From positions 65,084 to 129,083 of the forward strand of contig CAWDSS010000016.1 of assembly GCA_963805065.1 (NCBI GenBank): a stretch of DNA of 64,000 nt, read 5' to 3'. The position numbers and the translations under genes are program-made. This DNA comes from Candidatus Omnitrophota bacterium (lineage in GTDB: Bacteria > Omnitrophota > Gorgyraeia > Gygaellales > Profunditerraquicolaceae). This document shows, one piece after another, positions 15,321 through 26,696 of this stretch. How positions within the stretch are numbered: position 1 is the first letter of the stretch; each line of letters starts with the position of its first letter. The notes under the pieces were generated by a model. That model was not told where the DNA came from and did no database searches. It saw nothing but the letters and a program-made list of their open reading frames with translations.

Positions 15321-17427
15321 ATGAGAAAAATAGCATTAGAGAAAGTAAGGAATATCGGGATAATCGCGCATATTGATGCCGGTAAGACCACGACCACCGA
15401 GCGTATCCTGTATTATACAGGTAAGACCTATAAACTGGGCGAGGTGCATGAAGGGACTGCCACCATGGACTGGATGGTCCAGGAGCAGGAAAGAGGCATC
15501 ACCATAACCGCAGCCTGCACTACCTGTAAATGGAATGATTTTACGATTAATATTATTGATACTCCCGGCCACGTAGATTTTACCGTTGAAGTAGAAAGGT
15601 CATTGAAGGTTTTAGACGGTGCGGTGGTGGTTTTTTGCGGAGTAGGCGGAGTAGAGCCGCAGTCAGAAACAGTCTGGCGCCAGGCTGACCGTTACGAAGT
15701 GCCCAGGATTGCTTTTGTCAACAAAATGGACAGGGCGGGAAGTAATTTTCCTGACACAATAGAGCAGATGCATAAAAAACTTGGCGCTAATGCAGCGGCA
15801 GTCCAATTACCGTATTATGAAGCAGATAATTTTCAGGGTATGATTGATTTGATTGAGAGAAAATTAATCGTATATAAAGATGAGTTGGGTAAGGAATTTG
15901 AGGTTAAAGATATCCCGGCAGAATTCGCTTGATGAAGTTGATAAATATCGGCACATATTATTAGAAAAAATTGCCGATGTCGATGAAAAGATGATGGATA
16001 GCGTAGTGCATAATAAAAAAATAAGCGCAGCAGATATTAAACAGGCGATACGTAGGGCTGTTGTGCATAATAAATTTGTCCCGGTTTTATGCGGCTCGGC
16101 ATTCAAGAATAAAGGCATTCAGCCCTTACTGGATGCAATTTGTGATTATCTTGCCTTCGCCTTCGGATTTACCGCCTGTAAAGGGTACTAACCCTGACTA
16201 CTGGAGAATTCGAAGAGATTATCGCTTCTGATAAGGCGCCTTTTTGCGCATTGTGTTTTAAGGTTGCCACTGACCCTTACGTAGGCAAGCTTAATTATAT
16301 ACGGGTTTACTCCGGGACTTTGAAATCAGGGGAATTCATCTACAATGCTTCAAGGAGCGAAAAAGAAAGAATAACCAAATTAGTCAGGATGCACGCTAAT
16401 CAACAGGAAGTTATTGATTTTGTCCATACCGGAGATATTGCTGCAGCGGTCGGCTTAAAGGAAACTAAGACCGGTGATACGCTGTGTACTGAAGTCAATC
16501 CGATCCTGATTGAGTCCATGCGTTTCCCTGAGCCGGTAATTCAGCAGGCGATTGAGCCGAAAACAAAACAAGACCAGGAAAAAATGGGATTTGCTTTGCA
16601 TAAATTAGCAGAAGAGGATCCGTCATTTCGCGTAGACTATAACCAGGAAACCGGACAAACCATAATTTCCGGAATGGGGCAGTTGCATTTGGAAATTGTT
16701 ATAGACAGGATTTTACGTGAATTTAATGTTGAGGCTTCAGTAGGTTCTCCGCAGGTAGCATACCGGGAAACAATTACCAGGAAAGTAACTTCCACCGGAA
16801 AATTTATCCAGCAGTCCGGCGGCCACGGCCAATATGGCCATGTTGTAATAGAAATGGAGCCCCAGGAAATGCCGGGGCAAGGCATTACTTTTGAAGATAA
16901 GATTAAAAGCGGTGCGATACCGCAGAGAATTTATACCGTCTGTTAAAGACAGGGATAATGGGTTCGGCAAAGAGCGGCAGTTTAGCGGGCTATCCGGTTA
17001 CGGATGTGAAAGTAACTTTAGTTGACGGATCTTTTCATGAAGTGGATTCTTCGGAAATGGCTTTTCAAATGGCGGCAGCAATCGCGTTTAATGACGGGCT
17101 TAAGAAAAGCAAATCCGATTATTATTGAGCCGATTATGGATATGGAAATTGTAGTCCCCGAAGAATACATGGGCGCGGTTATCGGAGACTTAAATTCCCG
17201 GCGGGCAAAAATAGTTTCGCTTGCTACAGCGCGCAAATGTGCGTGCGATACGAGCCTATGTTCCGCTGGCAGAAATGTTTAATTACGCAACCATATCAAG
17301 ATCCTTGACACAGGGCCGCGCTTCCTATACAATGGAGCCTTCATTTTACGCTGAAGTGCCTTCACATATAGCAGAAAAAATTATTTCTGGTTTTGCAACT
17401 TCGGGTTCGACAAGAAAAGGTTTTTAA
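15321..17427 (+). pseudogene. fusA: Elongation factor G, at least ~5 frameshifts
   Basis: [26 protein letters not shown] and [16 protein letters not shown] are in ORF 15312. The gene continues in ORFs 15880, 16251, 17022 and 17221, in different frames. Confidence 0.9.
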
Positions 17428-17446
17428 AACAATAAGGAGGACGTAA

Positions 17447-18660
17447 ATGGCTAAAGAGAAATTTGTAAGAAGTAAAGCCGCACGTAAATATCGGGACCAT
17501 CGGCCACATCGACCACGGTAAGACAACTTTAACTGCAGCTATTACTCTACGTATTATCCAAGATGGGAAAGGCCACTGCCAGAGAATATGCTGATATCGC
17601 CAAGGGCGGTACAGTAAGAGACGAAACAAAGATCGTTACAATTTCGGTTGCCCACGTTGAATATGAAACTGATAACCGCCATTATGCGCATATCGACTGC
17701 CCGGGCCATGCCGATTATATCAAGAACATGATTACCGGCGCTGCCCAGATGGACGGCGCAATACTGGTAGTTTCCGCAGCTGATGGCCCTATGCCTCAGA
17801 CAAGAGAGCATATTCTTTTGGCCAGGCAGGTCAACGTTCCTGCGATGGTCGTATTTTTGAACAAAGTCGACGTAGTGCAGGATAAGGAACTTATTGACCT
17901 GGTTGAAATGGAAGTAAGGGACCTTTTGACCAAATACGGATATCCCGGAGATAAAACTCCGATTATCAAGGGTAGCGCTATTAAAGGCTATTGCAGTCAG
18001 GCGGAGACCCTAATCAGCCCGGATTGCAAATGCATACTGGATTTGATGAAGGCCGTCGATGAGTTTATCCCGCTTCCCGGTAAGAGACCTGGATAAGCCA
18101 TTACTTGATGGCAGTAGAAGACGTTTTCAGCATTGAAGGTAGAGGAACGGTCGGCACAGGAAGGATCGAACGCGGCAAAGTAAAATTAAGCGAAGAAGTT
18201 GAAATCGTAGGCTTAAGGCCGGAAGTAAAAAAGACAGTAGTTACCGGCATTGAAATGTTCAGGAAACTTCTGGATGAAGGCCAGGCCGGAGATAACGTGG
18301 GCTTGCTTTTAAGAGGCGTGGAAAAGAATGATATTGAGCGCGGTATGGTTATCGCCGCTCCCAAGTCCATTACTCCGCATACCAAATTCAAAGCCCAGGT
18401 TTACATCTTGACCAAAGAAGAAGGCGGAAGGCATACCCCATTCTTCAAGGGTTACAGGCCGCAGTTCTATTTCCGTACCACCGATGTTACCGGTAGCGTT
18501 ACGCTTCCCGCAGGGCGTAGAAATGGTTATGCCCGGCGATAACGTCAATGTAGAGGTTGAATTGATCACCCCTATTGCCATGGAAAAGGAATCGCGTTTT
18601 GCCATCCGCGAAGGCGGCCATACAGTCGGCGCAGGAGTTGTTACTGAAGTAATAGCTTAA
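17447..18660 (+). pseudogene. tuf: Elongation factor Tu, about 5 frameshifts
   Basis: [10 protein letters not shown], then (after a shift at ~17477) [48 protein letters not shown] is in ORF 17563 and [13 protein letters not shown]...[24 protein letters not shown] in ORF 18105. The tail [47 protein letters not shown] is in a third frame. Further shifts lie near 17555, 18076, 18100 and 18515. Confidence 0.9.
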
Positions 18661-18674
18661 TTTGTTAAACGAAA

Positions 18675-18974
18675 ATGCAGAAAATCAGAATAAAATTAAA
18701 AGCATATGACCATCGTCTGCTGGATCAGGCGGTAGAAGAGATAGTAGAGACTGTAAAGCGCACCGGTGCCAGGATTTCCGGGCCAGTGCCGCTTCCCACC
18801 AAAAGAGAGATCTATACGGTCTTGCGTTCTCCGGTTATCGATAAGAAATCGCGCGAGCAGTTTGATTTGTCAACCCACAAGCGGCTTATCGACATATTTG
18901 AGCCGACATCCAAGACGATAGATTCTTTGAGGAAGCTGAATTTACCTGCCGGAGTGGATGTGGAGATTAAATGA
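18675..18974 (+). CDS. rpsJ: 30S ribosomal protein S10
   Basis: [15 protein letters not shown]...SGPVPLPT...[13 protein letters not shown]. Confidence 0.95.
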   Translation: MQKIRIKLKAYDHRLLDQAVEEIVETVKRTGARISGPVPLPTKREIYTVLRSPVIDKKSREQFDLSTHKRLIDIFEPTSKTIDSLRKLNLPAGVDVEIK

Positions 18975-19588
18975 TCGGTTTGCTGGGTAAAAAAATAGGC
19001 ATGACGCAGGTTTTTACCGATGACGGAAGGTTTCTTAGCGTTACTGCTATTGAGGCCGGGCCTTGCCCGGTATTAGCGGTAAATGAGAAAAGCATACAGC
19101 TGGGGTTTGATATTACTGAAGAGAAACGCCTTAAGAAGCCGCTGGCCGGATATTTTAAAAAGATAAACGTCAGCCCCCGTAAGTTCATCCGGGAAGTTAG
19201 CAAAGAAGCAACACGTGAATACAAGGTTGGAGAAGAAATAAAAGTCGATTTATTTAAATCCGGAGATTTTGTAGATGTAACCGGGACATCAATAGGCAAA
19301 GGGTTTCAGGGTGGCATGAAACGTTGGCATTGGCATGGCGGGCCGATGACGCATGGTTCAACGTCTCACCGCCGCGTTGGTTCCATCGGTTCAACTACCA
19401 CTCCCGGGAGAGTTTGGAAAGGGCATCATCTGCCCGGTCATATGGGTAATCACAGGACCACTACTCAGAATTTGAAAGTGGTAAAGATAGACGCGGAGAA
19501 TAACATATTACTGGTGGAGGGGAGCGTCCCCGGCAATAAGAACAGTTATGTAATTATTAAAAAAGCCAAAAAGAAAGTTGCTAAATAA
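18971..19588 (+). CDS. rplC: 50S ribosomal protein L3
   Basis: [13 protein letters not shown]...[17 protein letters not shown]. Confidence 0.95.
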   Translation: MIGLLGKKIGMTQVFTDDGRFLSVTAIEAGPCPVLAVNEKSIQLGFDITEEKRLKKPLAGYFKKINVSPRKFIREVSKEATREYKVGEEIKVDLFKSGDFVDVTGTSIGKGFQGGMKRWHWHGGPMTHGSTSHRRVGSIGSTTTPGRVWKGHHLPGHMGNHRTTTQNLKVVKIDAENNILLVEGSVPGNKNSYVIIKKAKKKVAK

Positions 19589-19593
19589 CAATA

Positions 19594-20243
19594 ATGGAAG
19601 CTAAAACTTTACCTATATATAATAGCGAAGGCAAAGAGATTGATACTGTCAAGTTGAGCCCTGCGGTTTTTGACGGCACGATAAATCTGCTGCCATATAC
19701 CAGGCGGTTAATACTTACAGGGCAAATCAGAGGATGGGTTTAGCAGCCACAAAAACCAGAGGAGAAGTTTCAGGAGGCGGTAAAAAACCCTGGAAACAAA
19801 AAGGCACAGGACGGGCAAGGGTAGGTTCAACGCGTTCTCCGCTATGGCGCCACGGCGGCGTAATATTCGGCCCTCATCCCAGAGATTTTTCTCAAAGGCT
19901 GCCCCAAAAGATAAAAAATCTGGCTTTGAAATCCAGCCTCAATATTAAGCTGGGAGAAAATAATATTACCGTACTTGATGAATTAAAAGCAGATAAACCA
20001 AAAACCAAGGATATCTGCAAGATATTCGCTAACCTTAAGATTGATACCAAAAAAGCCAAGAAATCTAATGAAGTGCTGTTACTCCTGGACAAGCGAGAGA
20101 ATGGGCTAGATTTGGCGCTAAGAAACATTGCTTTTTTAAATGTAAATTTAGCTAAGGATGTGCATAGCTATGAAGTAATGAGGCACCGTAAAATTATAAT
20201 CACCAAACACGGCCTAAACGCAATTACAGATAGGTTTAAATAA
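19594..20243 (+). pseudogene. rplD: 50S ribosomal protein L4, one frameshift near ~19685
   Basis: MEAKTLPIYNSEGKEIDTVKLSPAVFDGTIN is in the frame of 19594. AAIYQAVNTYRANQRMGLAATKTRGEVSGGGKKPWKQKGTGRAR continues in the frame of ORF 19734. Confidence 0.85.
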
Positions 20244-20522
20244 TGATTTATCCTCAGGATACAATAAAGGCATTAGTAAGAACAGAAAAAGCGACCCTTT
20301 ACGAGCCGGATGGCAAATACCTGTTTTTGGTAAATAAGTCCGCAAATAAAATTCAGATTAAGCAGGCCGTAGAGCAGATTATATAAAGTAAAGGTAAAAC
20401 ACGTCAATACCTTTGTTTCGATAGGCAAATTAAAGAGGGTCAGGTATCAGCTGGGCCGCACACCTGATGTTAAAAAAGCGATAGTCACTCTTAAAGAGGG
20501 ACAAAAAATAGAGGCAGCTTAA
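20243..20522 (+). pseudogene. rplW: 50S ribosomal protein L23, one frameshift near ~20385
   Basis: [46 protein letters not shown], then [46 protein letters not shown] in the next frame. Confidence 0.8.
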
Positions 20523-20524
20523 TA

Positions 20525-21358
20525 ATGGGCATAAAAAAATTTAAACCTACGACACCTTCCAGGCGCCATATGTCAGGCCCGGATTTTTCAGAAATTACCA
20601 AGCACCGGCCTGAGAAATCACTCATTGCGCCGCTTAAAAAAACAGGCGGCAGAAATGTTTACGGCCGCATAACCGTGCGGCATCAAGGCGGCGGGCATAA
20701 GCGGATGCTTCGGATAATTGATTTTAAGCGTGATTTGTGGGAATCCCCGGCAAAGGTTATTGCTATGGAATACGACCCTAACCGCTCAAGCCGCATTGCC
20801 TTGCTAGAGTATGCTAATAAGGAAAAAAGATACATAATAGCGCCGTTAGGGTTAAATGTGGGAGATACAGTTCTTTCATCTAATCAAAAAGAAGCAGAAA
20901 TAAAAACAGGGAATTGCCTTCTTTTAAGGTATATTCCTTCAGGAACCTTGATTCACAATGTTGAATTAGCCAAAGGCAAAGGCGGCCAGATTGTAAGGGG
21001 TGCCGGCACCAGCGCCCAGATAATGGCAAAAGAAGGGGAATTCGCGCATGTCAAGCTTCCTTCGGGAGAAGTGAGGATAATGAGTTTGGATTGCCATGCG
21101 ACAATAGGCCAGGTGGGTAATGTTGAGCATGAAGCGTTAATTTTAGGCAAAGCCGGCAAATCACGCTGGTTAGGCATAAGGCCGACGGTAAGAGGCTTGG
21201 CAATGAATCCCGTAGACCATCCGCACGGCGGCGGCGAAGGAAAATCCGGCCAGGGTAATCCTCATCCTGTTACTCCCTGGGGCGTTCCTACTAAAGGTTA
21301 TAAAACAAGAAGGCACCAGAAATATTCGGATAAATTTATTGTTAAGAGAAGGAAATAA
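20525..21358 (+). CDS. rplB: 50S ribosomal protein L2
   Basis: [19 protein letters not shown]...[13 protein letters not shown]. Confidence 0.95.
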   Translation: MGIKKFKPTTPSRRHMSGPDFSEITKHRPEKSLIAPLKKTGGRNVYGRITVRHQGGGHKRMLRIIDFKRDLWESPAKVIAMEYDPNRSSRIALLEYANKEKRYIIAPLGLNVGDTVLSSNQKEAEIKTGNCLLLRYIPSGTLIHNVELAKGKGGQIVRGAGTSAQIMAKEGEFAHVKLPSGEVRIMSLDCHATIGQVGNVEHEALILGKAGKSRWLGIRPTVRGLAMNPVDHPHGGGEGKSGQGNPHPVTPWGVPTKGYKTRRHQKYSDKFIVKRRK

Positions 21359-21360
21359 TT

Positions 21361-21648
21361 ATGCCACGATCACTGAAAAAAGGACCTTTTGTTGAAGAAA
21401 AATTATTGAAAAAAGTGGAAAAGCTGCGCGGTCTGGGAACACGCCAGGCAATAAAAACCTGGTCGAGGCGTTCCACAATCATTCCTGAATTTGTGGGGCT
21501 TACGTTTGCGGTTCATGACGGCCATAAACATATTCCGGTGTTTGTCACAGAAAACATGGTCGGCCATAAACTGGGAGAATTTGCCCCTTCAAGAATATTC
21601 AGGAAGCACGGCGGCGTGAAAGCTAAGAAAGCCGTAGAGAAGACGTAG
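21361..21648 (+). CDS. rpsS: 30S ribosomal protein S19
   Basis: [10 protein letters not shown]...[24 protein letters not shown]. Confidence 0.95.
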   Translation: MPRSLKKGPFVEEKLLKKVEKLRGLGTRQAIKTWSRRSTIIPEFVGLTFAVHDGHKHIPVFVTENMVGHKLGEFAPSRIFRKHGGVKAKKAVEKT

Positions 21649-21651
21649 AAA

Positions 21652-21989
21652 ATGATAGCAAAAGCTGAAGGAAAATTTTTAAGGATTTCACCTCCTAAAG
21701 TAAGGCAGGTTATTGATTTAATCAAAAATAAGGATGCGCAAGAAGCCACAAGCATTCTTGTTACGCTTAACAAACGGCCTAAGGAATATTTGATTAAGCT
21801 TTTGAAGTCTGCGGTTGCCAATGCTAAGGTTAAAGGCTTTAACATTAACAGCTTTATATTTCCAAGTTAGTCTGTAATCCAGGCCCGAGCTGGAAACGAT
21901 TTAGAGCAGCTGCGTTTGGCAGGGCTGCCTCTATTAAGAAGAGGACTTCGCACATAAGAATCGAATTAGATTTAAAACCGGGAGAATAA
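21652..21989 (+). pseudogene. rplV: 50S ribosomal protein L22, one frameshift near ~21850
   Basis: MIAKAEGKFLRISPPKVRQVIDLIKNKDAQEA...NAKVKGFN, then LYISKLVCNPGPSWKRFRAAAFGRAASIKKRTSHIRIELD in another frame. Confidence 0.85.
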
Positions 21990-21993
21990 TTAT

Positions 21994-22686
21994 ATGGGAC
22001 AAAAGGTCCATCCGTTAATACTTAGAATAGGTTTCATAAGGACGTGGCACAGCCGCTGGTTTGCAAAGCCAAAGGACTATGCCAGATTTATCGAGCAGGA
22101 CTATAGAATTCGTAATTTCATAAAGAAAAGGTTTAAACAAGCGGCAATCTCTAAGATTGTCATAGATAGATTGGCGGAGAAGATTAAGGTGAGGATTTTC
22201 TCAGCCAGGCCGGGATTAATTATCGGCAGGCACGGAGCTGATATAGAGCGCTTGCGCGAAGACCTCAATACCACGCTTAAGACTGAGCTCTCCATAGATA
22301 TAGAGGAAGTAAAGAACCCGGCATTGGATGCGCAGTTGGTGGCAGAAAACGTGGCTTTCCAACAGGAAAAAAGAGTGGCATTCCGCCGCGCAGTAAAAAG
22401 AGCAATGGCTCAGACTATTAGTGCCGGCGCAAAAGGAATAAGGGTATGTTGTGCAGGCCGGCTGAACGGCGCAGAGATGTCCCGCACAGAAACATATAAG
22501 ATAGGCAAAGTCCCTCTTCAGACTTTTCGTGCGGATATAGATTATGGTTTTGCAGAAGCTTTAACTACATATGGCTTAATAGGTGTTAAGGTATGGATTT
22601 ATAAAGGCGAGATTATCATTAAAAGGGGAACTAAGGCTCTACCTGCCGCCCCGCAAGTACAGCAGGAGCCGGTAAGGGCACAGTAG
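21994..22686 (+). CDS. rpsC: 30S ribosomal protein S3
   Basis: MGQKVHPLILRIGFIRTWHSRWFA...GRLNGAEMSRTE. Confidence 0.95.
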   Translation: MGQKVHPLILRIGFIRTWHSRWFAKPKDYARFIEQDYRIRNFIKKRFKQAAISKIVIDRLAEKIKVRIFSARPGLIIGRHGADIERLREDLNTTLKTELSIDIEEVKNPALDAQLVAENVAFQQEKRVAFRRAVKRAMAQTISAGAKGIRVCCAGRLNGAEMSRTETYKIGKVPLQTFRADIDYGFAEALTTYGLIGVKVWIYKGEIIIKRGTKALPAAPQVQQEPVRAQ

Positions 22687-22716
22687 TTATCAGATAATTA
22701 AAAGGAGTTTGATTCC

Positions 22717-23133
22717 ATGGTAATGATGCCCAAAAGAGTAAAATACCGAAAGTTACAAAAAGGACAGAGGCGTGGCATCGCTACTACAGGTTCTGAGTTG
22801 GCATTCGGTGAATTCGGCTTAAAGGTTTTGGAGAACGGATGGATTAAGAATACGCAGATCGAAGCAGTGCGCGTTGTACTGGCCAGGCAGTTGCATAAAG
22901 GCGGAAAACTCTGGATCAGGATTTTCACCGATAAATCCATAACCAAGAAACCCGCTGAAGTGCGCATGGGTAAAGGCAAGGGAGAAATAGACCATTGGGT
23001 AGCAGTAGTAAAAAGAGGGCGCATACTTTTTGAATTAGGCGGCGTTCCGCAGGAATATGCCAAGCAGTGTTTTAGGCTGGCAGCATATAAGTTACCGTTA
23101 AGAACAAAATTTATTACACGTATTCATAAATAA
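22717..23133 (+). CDS. rplP: 50S ribosomal protein L16
   Basis: [17 protein letters not shown]...[20 protein letters not shown] lies 9 nt upstream. Confidence 0.95.
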   Translation: MVMMPKRVKYRKLQKGQRRGIATTGSELAFGEFGLKVLENGWIKNTQIEAVRVVLARQLHKGGKLWIRIFTDKSITKKPAEVRMGKGKGEIDHWVAVVKRGRILFELGGVPQEYAKQCFRLAAYKLPLRTKFITRIHK

Positions 23134-23134
23134 T

Positions 23135-23326
23135 ATGAAAATAAGTGAATTAAAGAATTTGTCAAAAGAGGAATTGCTGCAGAAAGAAAAAACCTTAAAA
23201 GAAGAGATTTTTAAGCTTAACATACAGCGCTATAGCGGGAGGGTGGAAAAGCCGCATATGTTTAGCTTACTTAAAAAAGATATTGCAAGGATAAAAACGC
23301 TACTTAACGAAAAGAAAGACAAATAA
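23135..23326 (+). CDS. rpmC: 50S ribosomal protein L29
   Basis: 63 aa: [23 protein letters not shown]. Conserved position. Confidence 0.9.
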   Translation: MKISELKNLSKEELLQKEKTLKEEIFKLNIQRYSGRVEKPHMFSLLKKDIARIKTLLNEKKDK

Positions 23327-23327
23327 A

Positions 23328-23609
23328 ATGGGTAAAAGAAAAGAATTCATCGGCACGGTAATCAGCGATAAGATGCAGAAGACAGTAATTGTGAGAATTA
23401 TGCGTCTTAGTAAACATGCCAAATACGGCAAAATAGTAAAGAAATACAATAAATTCAAGGCGCATGATGAATAAGGCAGCGCTAAATCAGGCGATACAGT
23501 GCGCATAGTAGAAACCAGGCCCTTATCAAAAGATAAGCGTTTTAGAGTTGTAGGAATAATCAAGAAATCCGAGACCCCGCACTTAACATTGAAAGAGGAA
23601 GTTCAATGA
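23328..23609 (+). pseudogene. rpsQ: 30S ribosomal protein S17 with an in-frame TAA at 23472-23474
   Basis: [48 protein letters not shown], then TAA, then [29 protein letters not shown], all in one frame. The TGA overlaps the rplN ATG. Confidence 0.85.
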
Positions 23610-23974
23610 TTCAACTAAGATCAATATTAGACGTGGCTGATAATACAGGGGCAAAACGCGTGTCCATGATTGGCGTATTAGGCAGGAAGGGCAAGAGTTT
23701 TGCCGAGGTGGGAGACGTAATCAACGTAAATGTCAAAGAATCTTCTCCCTTGGCCGTGGTCAAAAAGGGAGAAGTTGGTCGCGCCGTGGTAGTCAGGACT
23801 AAAGATGCGATTAGACGGCCTGACGGTTCGATATTAAGGTTTGACCGCAATGCAATTGTTTTCATTGATGCTCAGTCAAATCCCAGGGGCACCAGGGTAT
23901 TCGGCCCGGTTGCGCGCGAATTAAGAGAAAAGAATTTTACCAAAATAATATCCCTGGCTCCAGAGGTGATTTAA
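23606..23974 (+). CDS. rplN: 50S ribosomal protein L14
   Basis: [17 protein letters not shown]...[14 protein letters not shown]. Confidence 0.95.
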   Translation: MIQLRSILDVADNTGAKRVSMIGVLGRKGKSFAEVGDVINVNVKESSPLAVVKKGEVGRAVVVRTKDAIRRPDGSILRFDRNAIVFIDAQSNPRGTRVFGPVARELREKNFTKIISLAPEVI

Positions 23975-24285
23975 TGCAAAAAATCAGAAAAGGCGATACA
24001 GTCCAAATAACCAAAGGAAAAGACAAAGGCAAGAAAGGCAGGGTCCTAACTTTACTTGCGCCAGGTACGCATGCTTTGATCGAAGGGCTTAATATGGTCA
24101 AGAAACATAAACGCCAGACACGCCAGGATCAGCAGGGCGGCATTGTTTCAATTGAGATGCCGGTGAGCATGGCGAATTTGCAATTGGTTTGCAAGAGTTG
24201 TAACCGTCCCACGCGCGTAGGTTTTTCAGTTTCCCAAGACGGCTTGAAATCCAGAATTTGTAAGAGTTGTAAAGAGGCTATATAA
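23974..24285 (+). CDS. rplX: 50S ribosomal protein L24
   Basis: [21 protein letters not shown] (KOW motif). Confidence 0.9.
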   Translation: MQKIRKGDTVQITKGKDKGKKGRVLTLLAPGTHALIEGLNMVKKHKRQTRQDQQGGIVSIEMPVSMANLQLVCKSCNRPTRVGFSVSQDGLKSRICKSCKEAI

Positions 24286-24286
24286 C

Positions 24287-24838
24287 ATGATACCCAGATT
24301 ACAAGAGAGATACAGGAATGAAATTACCCCCAAGATGATGGAAACTTTTGGGCTAAAGAATAAAATGGCTGTGCCTCGCTTGGAAAAAATAGTGGTAAAT
24401 ATGGGCGTGGGCGAGGGTGCGCAGGATATTAAAATCCTGGAAAAATCCATGGATGAAATGGCTGCAATAACCGGCCAGAAACCGATTATGCGGCGGGCTA
24501 AAAAAGCCATTGCTAATTTTAAAATCCGGCAGAATCATCCGGTCGGTTGTAAAGTTACGCTTAGAAGGGCAATGATGTATGAATTCATGGATAGGCTCCT
24601 GAATGTCACGCTTCCGCGTATCCGCGACTTTAGGGGAGTATCTAGCGATGCGTTTGACCACGCAGGCAATTATACCTTAGGCCTTTCAGAGCAAACGATA
24701 TTTCCTGAAATAGAATACGACAGAATAACACGCACCCAGGGCATGGATATTACCTTTGTAATAAAGAACGCAAAAACCAAAGAACAGGCACGGGAATTAT
24801 TGAAACTATTCGGCATGCCTTTTCAAATGAATACATAA
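24287..24838 (+). CDS. rplE: 50S ribosomal protein L5
   Basis: [14 protein letters not shown]...AIANFKIRQ...RDFRG. Confidence 0.95.
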   Translation: MIPRLQERYRNEITPKMMETFGLKNKMAVPRLEKIVVNMGVGEGAQDIKILEKSMDEMAAITGQKPIMRRAKKAIANFKIRQNHPVGCKVTLRRAMMYEFMDRLLNVTLPRIRDFRGVSSDAFDHAGNYTLGLSEQTIFPEIEYDRITRTQGMDITFVIKNAKTKEQARELLKLFGMPFQMNT

Positions 24839-25063
24839 GTTATGGAGCTGTCAATTAGCTTAGAGCGACATAACTTATCGTATGAATTTGACCCCGCACT
24901 AATTTTTTAGATGTCTTGGAATTATAGATGCGGGGTAAGCGCGAGATATGCCTTTATATATAAGTTGAGTCTTTTTTAAAAATTAGTGCGGGGTTTAATT
25001 CGCACAGCGGCTTATGTCGGTAGCCTATGAAGCAATACTCCATAAGTCGCGTGCTCATAAAAC
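24839..25063. repeat. 225-bp nested-palindrome insertion filling the rplE-rpsZ spacer (ACCCCGCAC-cored element)
   Basis: Perfect 17-bp arms: ACCCCGCACTAATTTTT (24891-24907) pairs with AAAAATTAGTGCGGGGT (24978-24994). Outer pairs: TTATGGAG (24840-47)/CTCCATAA (25038-45) and CGACATAA (24866-73)/TTATGTCG (25012-19). A third core copy, ATGCGGGGT, sits at 24928-36. Confidence 0.8.
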
Positions 25064-25249
25064 ATGGCTAAAAATTCACAAATCGCAAGATGGAAAAGGC
25101 CGGCTAAGTTTTCTTCGCGTAAATATAACCGCTGCCATATCTGCGGCAGGTCCGGCGGATTCCTAAGAAGATTTCAGCTTTGCCGCCTATGCTTTCGGGA
25201 ACTGGCTTGGCAGGGTTTAATACCCGGAGTCAGGAAAGCAAGCTGGTAG
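25064..25249 (+). CDS. rpsZ: 30S ribosomal protein S14, zinc-binding type Z
   Basis: 61 aa: [23 protein letters not shown]. Confidence 0.9.
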   Translation: MAKNSQIARWKRPAKFSSRKYNRCHICGRSGGFLRRFQLCRLCFRELAWQGLIPGVRKASW

Positions 25250-25266
25250 ACAAATAAGGGGAAAAT

Positions 25267-25662
25267 ATGTCTAGAACAGATTTAATTGCCGATGCATTCA
25301 CTATGATACGCAATGCCATTATGGCAAAAAAAGAAAATGTCGATGTCCCGGCTTCAAACGCATTAAAGTCAATCGTAGAAATATTAAAAAAAGAAAATTA
25401 CATCGAGAATTTCAAATTAATAGAAGATAAGAAACAGGGTGTAATACGCATTTATCTAAAATATATTGCCCATAAACCGGCAATCAGGAATATTAAGCGC
25501 GTGTCCCGTCCGGGGCTAAGAGTATATGTCAAGCGTAAAAAAGTCCCTTCCATATTAAGAGGAAGGGGTTTGGCAATAGTGTCTACCTCTAAGGGATTGA
25601 AGACTGATACAGAAGCAAGAGAGTTAGGGTTAGGCGGAGAAATAATAGGATACATTTGGTAG
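25267..25662 (+). CDS. rpsH: 30S ribosomal protein S8
   Basis: DLIADAFTMIRNA...VSTSKGLKTD. Confidence 0.95.
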   Translation: MSRTDLIADAFTMIRNAIMAKKENVDVPASNALKSIVEILKKENYIENFKLIEDKKQGVIRIYLKYIAHKPAIRNIKRVSRPGLRVYVKRKKVPSILRGRGLAIVSTSKGLKTDTEARELGLGGEIIGYIW

Positions 25663-25678
25663 TAGGTAGCGATAAGAG

Positions 25679-25746
25679 ACCCCACGCCTAAACGCTCGAA
25701 AATTTCAGAATACAGTAAATGAAATTTTCTTCGCAGGCTTTGGGGT
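25679..25746 (+). repeat. Composite hairpin in the unusually long (116-nt) rpsH-rplF spacer
   Basis: Inner 10-bp stem: GAAAATTTCA (25698-25707) pairs with TGAAATTTTC (25720-25729). Outer arms: ACCCCACGCC (25679-88) and GGCTTTGGGGT (25736-46). Confidence 0.6.
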
Positions 25747-25778
25747 TAATTAAGAAACAAGTAATAGAGGTTAATTAA

Positions 25779-26324
25779 ATGTCACGAATCGGAAAAAAAC
25801 CCATTGAAATTCCAAAGGATGTAAAGGTAGAAGCCAAAGACGGCCAGGTTTTTGTGGAAGGGCCCAAAGGAAAACTTTCTCGCGTTGTGTCTTACAGGAT
25901 TTGCGTAGAAATAAAGGACAATAGGGTAACCCTGACGCGTTCGGGAGATACAAAGTTAGATAAGTCGCTGCATGGCCTTTACAGGGCTTTGATCGCAGGT
26001 ATGATTAAAGGAGTTACCGAAGGTTACAAGAAGGAAATGGAAATTATCGGCGTGGGTTTTAAGGCTGTAGTGCAAGGTAATAAGTTAAATATGCAGTTGG
26101 GTTTTTCGCATCCGGTAAATTTCTCTATCCCGCAGGGTATTAAAATAGAAACTCCCAAGCCTACACAAATAGTAATCAGCGGCATTGACAAAGAAACAGT
26201 CGGTGAGGTAGCAGCTGAGATCCGCGCAATTTATCCTCCTGAGCCGTATAAAGGCAAAGGTATACGTTTTGCCGGAGAATATATAAAGAAAAAAGTGGGC
26301 AAAGCTCAGGCAACCACTAAATAG
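25779..26324 (+). CDS. rplF: 50S ribosomal protein L6
   Basis: MSRIGKKPIEIPKDVKV...PEPYKGKGIRF. Confidence 0.95.
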   Translation: MSRIGKKPIEIPKDVKVEAKDGQVFVEGPKGKLSRVVSYRICVEIKDNRVTLTRSGDTKLDKSLHGLYRALIAGMIKGVTEGYKKEMEIIGVGFKAVVQGNKLNMQLGFSHPVNFSIPQGIKIETPKPTQIVISGIDKETVGEVAAEIRAIYPPEPYKGKGIRFAGEYIKKKVGKAQATTK

Positions 26325-26332
26325 GTCTGAAT

Positions 26333-26692
26333 ATGAACACAAAAGAACATCAGAGATTAAAGAGGCATCGGACAATCAGGCTGCGAATGCAAGGTGATGC
26401 CCAAAGGCCGCGCCTGATTATTAAACGCAGCCTCAGGAATCTTGCAGCCGAGGTCATAGATGATACTGCGAATAAAACATTATTTGCCCTTTCCACGCAG
26501 AATAAGGAAGTAAAACAGAAGGTTGCCTTTGCGGGAAACGTGAAATCAGCGGAACTTTTCGGGCAAATTTTTTCCCAAAAGGCAAAAGAAAAAGGAATCT
26601 TGAAAGTTGTTTTTGACCGTGCCGGTTATTTGTACCACGGCAGGATTAAGGCTTTTGCGGAGGCCTTAAGAAAAGGCGGATTGGAGTTCTAA
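26333..26692 (+). CDS. rplR: 50S ribosomal protein L18
   Basis: [20 protein letters not shown]...[20 protein letters not shown]. Confidence 0.95.
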   Translation: MNTKEHQRLKRHRTIRLRMQGDAQRPRLIIKRSLRNLAAEVIDDTANKTLFALSTQNKEVKQKVAFAGNVKSAELFGQIFSQKAKEKGILKVVFDRAGYLYHGRIKAFAEALRKGGLEF

Positions 26693-26696
26693 AAAT

